A stretch of 64,000 nucleotides of DNA from TPA_inf: Saccharomyces (Eukaryota). The stretch lies in the NCBI GenBank assembly GCA_000146045.2, contig BK006946.2, forward strand, positions 416,001 through 480,000. Reading direction: 5' to 3'. Position numbers and translations under genes: made by a program. This document shows, piece after piece, positions 1 through 10,711 of the stretch (within the stretch, counting starts at the first letter, position 1; each line of letters starts with the position of its first letter). The notes beneath the pieces are model-generated. The model did not search any database. It was not told where the DNA came from and was given only the letters and a program-made list of their open reading frames with translations.

Positions 1-195
1 TTAAACATAGAAAATCCCGAAAACCAATCCGAATAGAAACGGCGTACATACATAAAGAATAAATCAGGAACGTGAACACCTTCCTTACATATATACACAC
101 ATACATAGGCATATGTATCGCATCTTAAAGTGAGAGATCTACCTATTTTCCTTTTTTTTCCATTTACAACATAGCAATTGATGTTTTTTTCCCTT

Positions 196-3100
196 CTAAG
201 TCATCTCGATGTCATCATCTTCATCGTCTTTGTAGTCAACTTCTTTCCTGACCCTCAATTTCTTCATCACAATATTTTCGTGCCCTTTCTTGGTTTCATT
301 TTTGTTAGACGGTGAATAACTGTCATCATCACTGTCTGATTCTCGATCCCCATCACCTTCTTCGTCGTCAGCCTGTGATCTCGCATGATGAACTTTCTTC
401 TTTTTTTTTTGTGATTCATTGTTTTCGTGAGCTAATAACCTCTTTTGAAGCCTTTGTCTTTGAGTTTGTGACGTGTGAAGAATCCGTCCGATTTTAGCTT
501 TTATATTGTTTTGTATTTTTTCAGTCAAGCTCTCTGGTATGTATGTTTTGAAAGATAACTGGGCCTCCTGAACCGTTGCAAAAGGTTTGAACAAATCTGA
601 TGGTAAGTTTAATTTACCTGGATATGCTGAATGTTGCCAATTTTTCTTCTCTTTTAAATTCAATAGAATCATTTGCGACAGCTCACCTATGATATACATT
701 TTCTGACCGTAAGGTCTATGCTTCTTTGGCGCTTCTTCTTTTTGTGGTCCTTCTTCTTCATCAATTTCATCCTCAACTAACTTATCTTGATAGTTTTTTA
801 CCCTTTCTGATAAATAATAGAGCAAACTGAAGTTCTCTTGGGCGGCAATAGAGTCAAAGTAAAACAGCAAATAATCAATCGCTGTTGTTAAAGCATTTAG
901 ATATGCGTCTCCTTCGGAATCTAAACCTCCCACAATATCAGGGTGATGTGCAATCGCATGTATCAACCTAGGCAAAGCTCTTTCAAATATCGTCCCTTTT
1001 TTAAATGATTTTAAGCCAAATGTAAAGTTTATCCATATCTTCGTTGTGGTTTTCAGTTCGACATCTGGTTCATAAGCAGTAAAAAATACTAGTGGTAGGA
1101 ACTTTATGGAAATCAGTTCATTAGCAACATAATCTTTCAGTTGTTCCAAAAATGTTTTTCTTACTGGCAGCGATTCATCTTCAACCAAATTAATTAATTT
1201 AATAATGTCCGAAGGTTTGATAAAGTTGTTCAAATTAGAAATCCTGGCCAGTTTTAAAACTTGAATTCCTGCCACACACCTCAATTTTGTTTGATAATTA
1301 CTGGGGGTGGGATAAAACTCCTTGTTAAACTCGGAAATCAGCTCACCACCACTTGCAATCAAGTAAAAGAATAACTTCATAGTTTTTTCGGTGAAACTTT
1401 CTGCCAATTCATCTCGTGGAACATCCGGAGCAATTGATCTCAATTTGTTGGTGAACAGCTTTAAAGTAAACACCTTATTACCTATTGCAGAATATTTCGT
1501 GTCACTTAATAGAGAATCTTCTACCCAGTCAATTTCTTTTTTTGAATCACCAACGACCTGGTTTGATAATAGAACTTCTTTAATTAGGTATGATATGATA
1601 TCAGTGGAATCATCATTTAGGACGTGAGGGAATTTTTTAAATATTTCCATGAGTACAATAATATGAGATGTAAAATACTTGTCTTTTTGCAAATCTAAAG
1701 GTAGGATACGTATTTTTATCTTTTTCAGAGTTTCTTCAGCTTTGGGCGATAAAGCGATAAGTTTTGTGGCGTATTTCGTTATTTCTGGTTTACTTTCAAC
1801 TGCAAAATCGTATAATTTGGTGAAGAAAAACGTGTCGTCAAAATCCACTTGATCCTTTAATGTTTTGGAAGCCTTGTAAAGGGTTTTTAAAGCTTCTTCC
1901 AATGACAAGTTATCATTTTTTTCTGCATCTGGATCATCCAAATCCTTGATAATGGTTTTTAATGTTCTAATCTGATCTTTAAATAATGTGGGATTGACTT
2001 TCGATATATCATCCAAGATTCTTCTTTTCAAATCCAATTGTTTTGCGTCAGAATTATTAGATAGGTTCAATAAAACACTGATGTTGGATACATTATAAAT
2101 TATTGGTGAGGCTCTAAAAAGCAAAATTTGTATTACCTTGGCGATATCACGTGGCATAATGGAAGCACCAGTAGATATATTATATTTTTTAAATAGTCCT
2201 GGCGTTTGTAACTTACTGACCAATTCATTGTAACAATTTTTAAAAGTAAGAAACGGAATATCGTTGGTGACACAGGCATTTAATAAATAAAAGATTCTTT
2301 CGTCGTTAAATTGTTTTATTGTTTCGAGGGCGTCGATTGCTTTCGTAGAGTCAGAAAGGCCAGAAGCTAACCACTGGAGAGTTTGGTTGTACTTGTTCAT
2401 TACAATAGGACCTTGAGACGAGCTCATACTTTCTTGATTGTTCAAAAATTTACTAAAATCAATATATTTGGATATAGCGAAGGATATTTTGATTTGTCTT
2501 GCATTGAAAGCGAAAAATGAAGTGAATGCCTTCTTATCAAAATGTGACAAAACCGTTAGCAGTCTGTGGACTCTTTTATCGTTATCTGGTTCAAACGGTA
2601 GTAGGTATTCGAAAATTACGCTGTCGACTTGTTCATTGATGTTTAAATCATTGATATAATAGAGATTGTATAAAGTGGATGGTATGGTGTCTATGATTTC
2701 CCAAATTTCTTTATTTTGGTATGTCCTTTCGATCTCATTCAATGAATTTGAGTAAAACTTGGCCATAGTGTTAATGCAGAGTTCCCTAACCTCCTTATGT
2801 TTTTCTCGGGCCAAATGAAGTAAAGATGTATAAATGGCTTTATTGGTTATATTTTTCCAAATTTCAGTAACGGGAACTTTATTAAAAATCATAACAGAAG
2901 TCCTGCGTACACGAGGATCAGAATCAATAAAGGTTTTTGCCAGTGCCTGATTCAGTTCTTTGGATATGTCTTCTCTCGTGGCAATGATTTGAGGAATTGA
3001 TTCTGTCCATTCTACTCTAACATCGGGACTAATATCAGCAATTTTGGAAATCCATGCCTTGAACGTATCGGAATGTGTAGAAACAAAATTTAAATCCGAA

Positions 3101-4029
3101 TATGAGGTAAGTATTTGACCAATTAATTTTGTAGCTTCTTTTCTGAAAAGCTCGTTTTCCGAAGATAATTCGTGGTATATAAATCCGATTACTGCATTGA
3201 TCAGTTCGGGTACTGTTTCCCAAAGTCTCAATACCAGTTTATGTAATTTCACTACCACAGTGAGAAGTCTTGAATTATTGTCATCATTAGTTGCTTCATG
3301 AATAATCTCGGAATAGTATTTAGTTAGATGTCTACTCATTCTATTGGAATAAGTATCACACAAAATTAGACTAACTTCGTAGCCACAGTCAGAAGTAACG
3401 TTCAAACCTTCAGGAATTTCATTCGGGTTATAGGTCAAAAACTTATTAAAAATTAATCTTAGTACTTCTAGGGGAACAGAATCGAACTCAGAGATGACTT
3501 CACCGAGAATACCGCCTATTACATTGAAGAGCCTTGCGGGGAAGCTCTTGTTAGGATCGTAAAAAATATGGAATAGTTCGATAAGTAAATTGTTTGAACT
3601 AGGTAAATCGGCTAATAATACGATTGATCTGTATTCTAGTAGCTTAGTGATCAAATAAGTTTGTTGGATGTGATAGCCGTTTTCTTGGTCACCTAATTGT
3701 TCAAATTGTGAGAGCACCAGCTTGAAAATGTCCGTTAGTTGAGCATCCGTATAAGGCGCATCTGGAGCATATAATCTCAGGATATCGCTTAGACAACAAG
3801 CGGTGAAAGCGCGGATCCCCACGTCTTTATGTTTTAATAATTTTCTGCTAACTAGTGCGTCCCTATATTTATCTAATCCCGTTAAATCTGTATTGTCTTG
3901 ATCCAGAGAGGCTAATTCCTCATGTAAAGCTTTTAAACGATCTAATAGTTCATTTGTTGATATCAGCTGATCGGAGGTAGATATTATAGGTGAGTTAAAC
4001 TTCAGTTTAGTAACAGCACCTTTAGCCAT
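196..4029 (-). CDS. PDS5: Pds5 cohesin-associated protein (HEAT repeats, acidic/lysine-rich C-terminal tail)
   Basis: Uninterrupted 1277-aa ORF; the length and sequence match yeast Pds5 (YMR076C). Confidence 0.9.
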   Translation of the reverse strand: MAKGAVTKLKFNSPIISTSDQLISTNELLDRLKALHEELASLDQDNTDLTGLDKYRDALVSRKLLKHKDVGIRAFTACCLSDILRLYAPDAPYTDAQLTDIFKLVLSQFEQLGDQENGYHIQQTYLITKLLEYRSIVLLADLPSSNNLLIELFHIFYDPNKSFPARLFNVIGGILGEVISEFDSVPLEVLRLIFNKFLTYNPNEIPEGLNVTSDCGYEVSLILCDTYSNRMSRHLTKYYSEIIHEATNDDNNSRLLTVVVKLHKLVLRLWETVPELINAVIGFIYHELSSENELFRKEATKLIGQILTSYSDLNFVSTHSDTFKAWISKIADISPDVRVEWTESIPQIIATREDISKELNQALAKTFIDSDPRVRRTSVMIFNKVPVTEIWKNITNKAIYTSLLHLAREKHKEVRELCINTMAKFYSNSLNEIERTYQNKEIWEIIDTIPSTLYNLYYINDLNINEQVDSVIFEYLLPFEPDNDKRVHRLLTVLSHFDKKAFTSFFAFNARQIKISFAISKYIDFSKFLNNQESMSSSQGPIVMNKYNQTLQWLASGLSDSTKAIDALETIKQFNDERIFYLLNACVTNDIPFLTFKNCYNELVSKLQTPGLFKKYNISTGASIMPRDIAKVIQILLFRASPIIYNVSNISVLLNLSNNSDAKQLDLKRRILDDISKVNPTLFKDQIRTLKTIIKDLDDPDAEKNDNLSLEEALKTLYKASKTLKDQVDFDDTFFFTKLYDFAVESKPEITKYATKLIALSPKAEETLKKIKIRILPLDLQKDKYFTSHIIVLMEIFKKFPHVLNDDSTDIISYLIKEVLLSNQVVGDSKKEIDWVEDSLLSDTKYSAIGNKVFTLKLFTNKLRSIAPDVPRDELAESFTEKTMKLFFYLIASGGELISEFNKEFYPTPSNYQTKLRCVAGIQVLKLARISNLNNFIKPSDIIKLINLVEDESLPVRKTFLEQLKDYVANELISIKFLPLVFFTAYEPDVELKTTTKIWINFTFGLKSFKKGTIFERALPRLIHAIAHHPDIVGGLDSEGDAYLNALTTAIDYLLFYFDSIAAQENFSLLYYLSERVKNYQDKLVEDEIDEEEGPQKEEAPKKHRPYGQKMYIIGELSQMILLNLKEKKNWQHSAYPGKLNLPSDLFKPFATVQEAQLSFKTYIPESLTEKIQNNIKAKIGRILHTSQTQRQRLQKRLLAHENNESQKKKKKVHHARSQADDEEGDGDRESDSDDDSYSPSNKNETKKGHENIVMKKLRVRKEVDYKDDEDDDIEMT

Positions 4030-4191
4030 TTTGTTCGCACTTTATTTCTTGCTTCTTTACAAATATACCTGTAAAAATTGAGACCGGATACAAACTAACA
4101 AGGTGGATAAACTTCTTTTAGGTCTTTTTACAATTAACAACAATTTCGATGGAGCCTAGGTTTATAAACTTTCACTTGTTTATACAACTTT

Positions 4192-4212
4192 ACGCGTCGC
4201 GTCGCGACATGT
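4192..4212. promoter_or_regulatory. MCB (MluI cell-cycle box) cluster upstream of PDS5
   Basis: ACGCGTCGCGTCGCGACATG contains ACGCGT plus overlapping CGCGTCGCG cores. It lies about 165 bp upstream of the PDS5 ATG. Confidence 0.55.
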
Positions 4213-4587
4213 CTATAGATTAAGTCACTTTTAACGCCATCATTCCGGGTAGTGCATATTTTCCCTTGGCGGCTAAATAGATGAAAAGGTAAAAGTTTAA
4301 TCTGAGAAAAAAACTGCATTGAGGAGTCTGAAAACTGAGGATAAAACAAACAGTCGCAGTTGAGTTGTTCTTTTTCATGGAAATTCTTACTATGTACTGC
4401 ATTTAGGAGGGGAGTTCATCACACTATTATAAATTAAAATATACATCCTGCTTCTTACTAAATTATGTTTTTAACTATTCTTACTGCCGCAATTCCAAGA
4501 GGGTAGAGGGTAACTTCAGAGTCTTTACCTAAAAGGTGGGACGCCAGACGGGCGTTAAAAAACTTTCCGTAACGGCTGAGATAAAAA

Positions 4588-4661
4588 TGATTTCGCCCAG
4601 GATCGAACTGGGGACGTTCTGCGTGTTAAGCAGATGCCATAACCGACTAGACCACGAAACC
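4588..4661 (-). tRNA. tV(AAC): tRNA-Val (anticodon AAC)
   Basis: Reverse complement reads GGTTTCGTGGTCTAGTCGGTTATGGCATCTGCTTAACACGCAGAACGTCCCCAGTTCGATCCTGGGCGAAATCA. This is a cloverleaf with anticodon loop CUUAACAC; an internal A box (TGGTCTAGTCGG) and B box (GTTCGATCC) are present. It matches yeast tRNA-Val(AAC). Confidence 0.9.
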
Positions 4662-4939
4662 TGTTATTTGTGATGGTCTGGACCTATACTTATGGTTTTA
4701 TGGACTAAACATTTTATGTAATCTTTTATAGAAGAACATTTCTTTTTTCAGGTCAACCGTACAGGAAACTTTCCTCTAATAATAGGATCTTTTTTAATGT
4801 AGCTCTCAATATATGGCCTAAATATCATGTCCTATTCTTTTTTTGAAATATCTCCGACATTTAACAAAATAGTATTATTTCATGGCATGACCATTGAAAA
4901 TTGTGCAAGAACTTTAATTTAGGAAAGTTCATTGATTCA

Positions 4940-5318
4940 GGATAAATATATAAAGAAAAAGCCACTATCCCCAGAAATTTTGCTGTTGATGAAGGCTACG
5001 ATGCTGTGAATTCAGATTATAGGAGAAATTCACCTCGAGGACTTGAAATCCACATTAAGGAATCGATATTTTTACACGATAATATTATAACTTTTTCCTC
5101 TATTTTGTTTTTCTTTTAATATATTGTCATTCATCATTTTATTTCAAGCAAAATTTAAAGGTTAACATAAATTAATAGTTGCCATAATTGGGACAGAAAC
5201 TTCCATTACATCTCTAGACTTTTCTCAATCTTTATATCATCTTTTTATGTCGTATATGATAATCTTCTAGTAGTATGGAACAAGTCAAGAGATGATAGCT
5301 GATGCTTCATTTTAACAA
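4940..5318 (-). mobile_element. Degenerate solo Ty1/Ty2 delta LTR remnant upstream of tRNA-Val
   Basis: Scattered blocks match the delta LTR in reverse orientation: ttcacctcgagga...ggaatcg, atatttttaca, cgtatatgataat, ctagtagtatgga, gatgatagctgat. It lies about 280–650 bp upstream of the tRNA 5' end. Boundaries are approximate. Confidence 0.55.
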
Positions 5319-5483
5319 TAAAAATTCTAACGACTATTTATCACGTCTTGGCTTAGCTATAAAAGTACTATATAAACTTAGTATTTATTTTTGAAAATAC
5401 TAAACAAATTCTATCAACGAAAAACCTGGAAGGAACCTATTTACATTCCCTTTATTTTTAATTTTGAAGCTACATACAGACAT

Positions 5484-6149
5484 TCAGGATAGTAATGCTA
5501 AAGGTTCCTTAGTGTCTGATCTCTCCTCCGTCGCGAATTCCTCTCTTTCTTTTTGCTCGGTTTGTTCTCCTTGAGGCAATGATGGCAAACCTTCTGTTGA
5601 TGGCATGTTAGCTACTTTTGCGTTATTCATCTTCTCTGGATTGAGTTCACTTTCTAGAGCATCCAATTCCTTATCTAGATCGTCTTCATAATTGCTTGTT
5701 CCGACTAAGCTTCTAGATAATGTCTCGTTAATTTCATTTTGATACGCAATTTGATCTTGTACATCGTCCATCAGTTCATCAACATTGCTAAATTCCTTGT
5801 TTAGTTTTTTCAAGATTTCATTTCCATTTTTCAGTCCATTAATAAATTGCTTTTCTACCATTTTGAACTCAAGTGTTGACACCATATTTTCCAAATTAAT
5901 AAGCTGATCCGAAGCCTGCTGCAACAAATGCTCCTGATAATGAATTCTTTTTAGTAGAAATCGTACCTTCATGTTAGATTTATAATTTTCAGGATTTTTT
6001 CGTATTAGGTCTTTTAGTTGACTCTTCTCTACCAAAATCAAATTATCTGTCCTCCTCGTAAACTTATGAATTTCATCTTTAGATCGTTTTACTTCTAGGA
6101 TCGCCCTATCTGTTTTGGTTATATGCACTTTACTACTTTTTTGGCCCAT
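5484..6149 (-). CDS. VPS20: ESCRT-III subunit Vps20 (Snf7 family, coiled coil)
   Basis: 221-aa ORF beginning MGQKSSK (N-myristoylation-type start); matches Vps20 (YMR077C). Confidence 0.88.
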   Translation of the reverse strand: MGQKSSKVHITKTDRAILEVKRSKDEIHKFTRRTDNLILVEKSQLKDLIRKNPENYKSNMKVRFLLKRIHYQEHLLQQASDQLINLENMVSTLEFKMVEKQFINGLKNGNEILKKLNKEFSNVDELMDDVQDQIAYQNEINETLSRSLVGTSNYEDDLDKELDALESELNPEKMNNAKVANMPSTEGLPSLPQGEQTEQKEREEFATEERSDTKEPLALLS

Positions 6150-6502
6150 TCGATATATACAAAAGCACCAAGTGGAGTTAATTCAGCAGTCTGTACTATT
6201 TTTCCAAACTATCTATGTTTTGTTCTTTTCTATGCGCTATATTGTATCCCACAGATAGTAATTCGATTTTCGGTCTTTCTGCTCTTCGGGGTTCCATTTA
6301 TGTAGAAATAAGAACGATAGCGAAGAGGGTAAAAGATCACGAATAAAAAACGAACGCTGCGTGACAAAATCGGAGCTGTTGCGACTACCGGCAGGATTGA
6401 TTGCTAATGTTCTTTATTTACTTCTTTTAGATTTCTATGTAAGCTGCTGGTCCATATACAAGTATGCTTCTTAAGAGAGACTGCGTATATATCTTACGTC
6501 AT

Positions 6503-8728
6503 TTATTCCCACAGGTTATTCCAAGTCACATTTTTCCTGACAGCGTTAGAGAACCCCTCATTGTATTTCACCCATATTTTAACCGTTTGATTGCAGTCAT
6601 CTGCTTGGTTGGTTTCGTCTGATCCAATAGTTTTTTGTGTCTCTTCCAATTCCTGAGTTTGCTTCAATAATCCGTACTGATTCTTGAAAAAGTCGATTGT
6701 ACTTGAGGAAGAATTTAACCCAGTTTTGACTTTTTTGCTATGCATTTCCTGTGACTGTAGTCTATCCTCAGTCACTTGGTCTATATGCCTTTTCTTGGCC
6801 CGGTTTTCCTCAATCTTTGCTAACAGTGAACTCAAATTATTAGCCCGTTTATGTTGGACTTCGTTAATATGTTTAGGATTTAACAATACGACTTCATCGA
6901 TTGGGGGATCGATTGTTAGGCCACCCCTTACATCAAATCCTTCTGACCGATTTTGGATTAGATTCAGTTGAAAGCTTTTCAGCAATTGAACTAATTCCTC
7001 CATGATGGCTTGTTTGAGTTTCAGGTTCCTTATTTTATTAAAATCGGAAGAGATCATCGAATCTAGATATGGTAGTATTTCAAAGATTAACGATTTTCTA
7101 TCCGTAAAACTTGCCATTAGTGGGGACTGAACCGAGATATGTCTCATAATCAGACTAACTATATCTGAATTGGCTCGTTTTAATTCACGTTGTTCGTATT
7201 CACTATTCTTCATTCTAATATCATCTTTGTTTGCGATATCGCCAAACGTTTGGAAGAAGACTAGGGGCACAAGGGCGGAGTAACGTAACAATTCGCCATT
7301 ATGCGCATACATTGATTGGTACATTAAATCATGGAAAAATAGCCAATCTGAAATGTTTGCTGGCTTTCTTATACCATTGTCGGAATATTTTACGTAGGGA
7401 AATATATTAAAACAGCCTTGCAATATCCTGTCAGAGTTACCATTAAGCTCTACTTGGTTTAGCAATTCATAAAACTGCTCCTTTATATCACGATGTGGAT
7501 CCTTTCTAAACAATTGGTTCACGATTTTAAACCATGATATGGGGGAGTCCTTGTTGGATGACGCCCACGTATTTTTTGCACAAGCAGGTTTATCTGATGC
7601 AGAGGAATCTCTTGAATCAACATTCGAGGCCAAGAATTGTAAATTGTTTATACAATTCCTTACGTCACCTTGAGCCAAATCAATTAAGTCATTGATTGCT
7701 TTTATAGGAATATTCATGTTTTCTTTATGGCAGATAAGGTTCAATCGCTCTAGTAGGGTAGTATCGGAAGGTCTTTTCACAGCAATAATTTCACAGAATG
7801 GTTTCAGCTTTTCCAAAGAAGGAGCATATAGATTATTGCAAATACAAATAATAGGTCGCGTAAGCAATTTAGACCTTTTCTTTTTGCGCTTTTTGTCCTT
7901 TTTATCTGGTTGACCGTATAATAGTTTATTAGTGGCTTTAATATCGCTTTGCATAATGTCAACTAAAATTCTAATAAATCCACTCTCAATACTTCCATCA
8001 ATCTCATCCGCCACTAAGCACACAGGATTTGTATCGAAAGTATGATTGAATAAAAGATTATATATTTTCTCTTTTACCATAGGTCCAGCCCTTTCATCAC
8101 TTGCATTGATTTCTGAGACAGAAAACCCTGATTGTTTGGCAATAACGTGAGCTACTGAGGTTTTGCCTATTCCTGGTGGCCCGTGCAGTAGTAAAATTTT
8201 CTTTGGTGGCCTTTTCAATGGATCGAGTTCCATATCACTGACCTCTTTTTCGGTTGGCAATTTGGGTAATTGCTCTTTAAACACAGCCGGCGTCCATTGT
8301 CTCAACCAACCTAACATTCTCCTGTTTGTCTTTTCATTACCAACCAAATCTAGAAATTTTTTAGGACGCCATTTCTCTACCCAGAGTGTGTCGCTACCTA
8401 TCTTGCCAGTTATAGGTGAAGTCTTTTGTGCGTTAGTGCGGTCATCGCCAGATGCCTCAATTTTGTCTAACAAATAGTTTATATTGATGCCGTACGTGTC
8501 GTCTGATCTCCAAACAGTATCTGGGTTAGTGTATAGACTAATATTCCCGGTTGCTAACTTCGCAGGCTTCTTCTTTAATTGAACCGTTTCGCCAGTACTT
8601 GATACAAACGCGTGAATATCTTCCTCATTAATACCAATTGCATTATTACCAGGGGCTTGTTCTATATCACCAGTATCAAAAAGGGAACTTCTCCCTAGTG
8701 AACCAATGTATGGTGCGGTATCAACCAT
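6503..8728 (-). CDS. CTF18: Ctf18 alternative RFC large subunit (AAA+ ATPase)
   Basis: Walker A GPPGIGKTS. The protein begins MVDTAPYIGSLGRSSL at the internal Met, giving 741 aa; the track ORF start 33 nt upstream is an extension. Confidence 0.85.
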   Translation of the reverse strand: MVDTAPYIGSLGRSSLFDTGDIEQAPGNNAIGINEEDIHAFVSSTGETVQLKKKPAKLATGNISLYTNPDTVWRSDDTYGININYLLDKIEASGDDRTNAQKTSPITGKIGSDTLWVEKWRPKKFLDLVGNEKTNRRMLGWLRQWTPAVFKEQLPKLPTEKEVSDMELDPLKRPPKKILLLHGPPGIGKTSVAHVIAKQSGFSVSEINASDERAGPMVKEKIYNLLFNHTFDTNPVCLVADEIDGSIESGFIRILVDIMQSDIKATNKLLYGQPDKKDKKRKKKRSKLLTRPIICICNNLYAPSLEKLKPFCEIIAVKRPSDTTLLERLNLICHKENMNIPIKAINDLIDLAQGDVRNCINNLQFLASNVDSRDSSASDKPACAKNTWASSNKDSPISWFKIVNQLFRKDPHRDIKEQFYELLNQVELNGNSDRILQGCFNIFPYVKYSDNGIRKPANISDWLFFHDLMYQSMYAHNGELLRYSALVPLVFFQTFGDIANKDDIRMKNSEYEQRELKRANSDIVSLIMRHISVQSPLMASFTDRKSLIFEILPYLDSMISSDFNKIRNLKLKQAIMEELVQLLKSFQLNLIQNRSEGFDVRGGLTIDPPIDEVVLLNPKHINEVQHKRANNLSSLLAKIEENRAKKRHIDQVTEDRLQSQEMHSKKVKTGLNSSSSTIDFFKNQYGLLKQTQELEETQKTIGSDETNQADDCNQTVKIWVKYNEGFSNAVRKNVTWNNLWE

Positions 8729-8988
8729 GATCCCTGACCTTACATCCACCTTTTGGGTCAAATAGTGTACACATTAGGAATAAAATATATGAAATCATGT
8801 TTATTTACGTGTTAGATGTTCCGTACAACGCGACTGGCTAGTTCGTTTTTTCCACATTTTTTTTTTCAACGTTGATCAACAATAAAATGGTACATCTTCC
8901 TTTGTTTGTGTCTTAAGTGTCCTTTCCTGGTATATCGCTTGACCAGCGCCTGTAGCATCAAACCAAACCTTCATCGCCCTAAAACACA

Positions 8989-8997
8989 ATGGTTACA
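8989..8997 (+). CDS. SEC14: SEC14 exon 1 (ATG GTT ACA, Met-Val-Thr)
   Basis: ATGGTTACA is followed immediately by the canonical yeast 5' splice site GTATGT. It joins in frame to exon 2 to give [27 protein letters not shown]. Confidence 0.85.
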
Positions 8998-9153
8998 GTA
9001 TGTTGTTGCTTTTATTTACTTTTTCTTTTTTTGACATTCATTGTGACAATATTCACATTCTTCAGATAGTTCTGTCTATATGAAGCAAAAATGATATATC
9101 AATAAGTTTACTAACAAACACAAGTGGTATTACTATGACTTCACTTTAAATAG
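8998..9153 (+). other. SEC14: SEC14 spliceosomal intron (156 nt)
   Basis: 5'ss GTATGT at 8998–9003. Branch point TACTAAC at 9109–9115. 3'ss TAG at 9151–9153, 36 nt downstream of the branch point. Confidence 0.85.
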
Positions 9154-10059
<906 letters not shown>

Positions 10060-10711
10060 TATTATTTTTAAAGACATTTTTTTTTCGAGAGAGAAAAGAG
10101 GAGTTCTAAGTAACGATATTTTACAACTGAGATAAGTACAAGTATGCTTATTTACTCTATTCTACTTTTTTGAATAGGCATAGTTCACACTTTTATCTCC
10201 TTAGTTTGTACTACTCTTTTTTTATTTTTTTTTTTTCTTCCACTCAGCTATTAGATTATTTATTATTTTATTATCTGTGGTATCATTTTCTACAGCCATA
10301 CCTTGATTTTAGTTTATTTTGTTGGCAGTTATATACATTTATCTTATAGAATACATATGCACGTATTAAACAATAAAAAGAACATAAGCAAAAATGAAAC
10401 CTCGCTACAATAAAACTTTATTACGCATTGCAGTGCGCCGTAAAGAGTATTCATTAGAAGTACAATGGTAGCCCTATTTGGTTGCAACATGTTTTAGCAA
10501 AGAGATTAGTAGGCTAGGATATCAAGTCCATGCCCCTTTATCACATACTGTAATGATAGATGCACCTCCGGAAAAGTAAAAAAAGTTTTTCAGGTTACAA
10601 TTGTGCAAATTGCGAGTCTATCTCGAATAATTTTGCAGCGCTCATTTCACGGTTGAGCCGTTTTGTATCACAAGCCAAGTTTAACATTTTATTTTAACAG
10701 GGTTCACCGAA

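Noticed and set aside
6503-8761. Longer N-terminal extensions for CTF18, NAM7, VBA1, ATP25, MUB1, YPK2, YMR087W, YMR090W, YMR099C and SRT1 as given by the ORF track
   Set aside because: The extensions begin at the first in-frame codon after an upstream stop. The known proteins start at internal Mets, which reproduce the expected lengths exactly.
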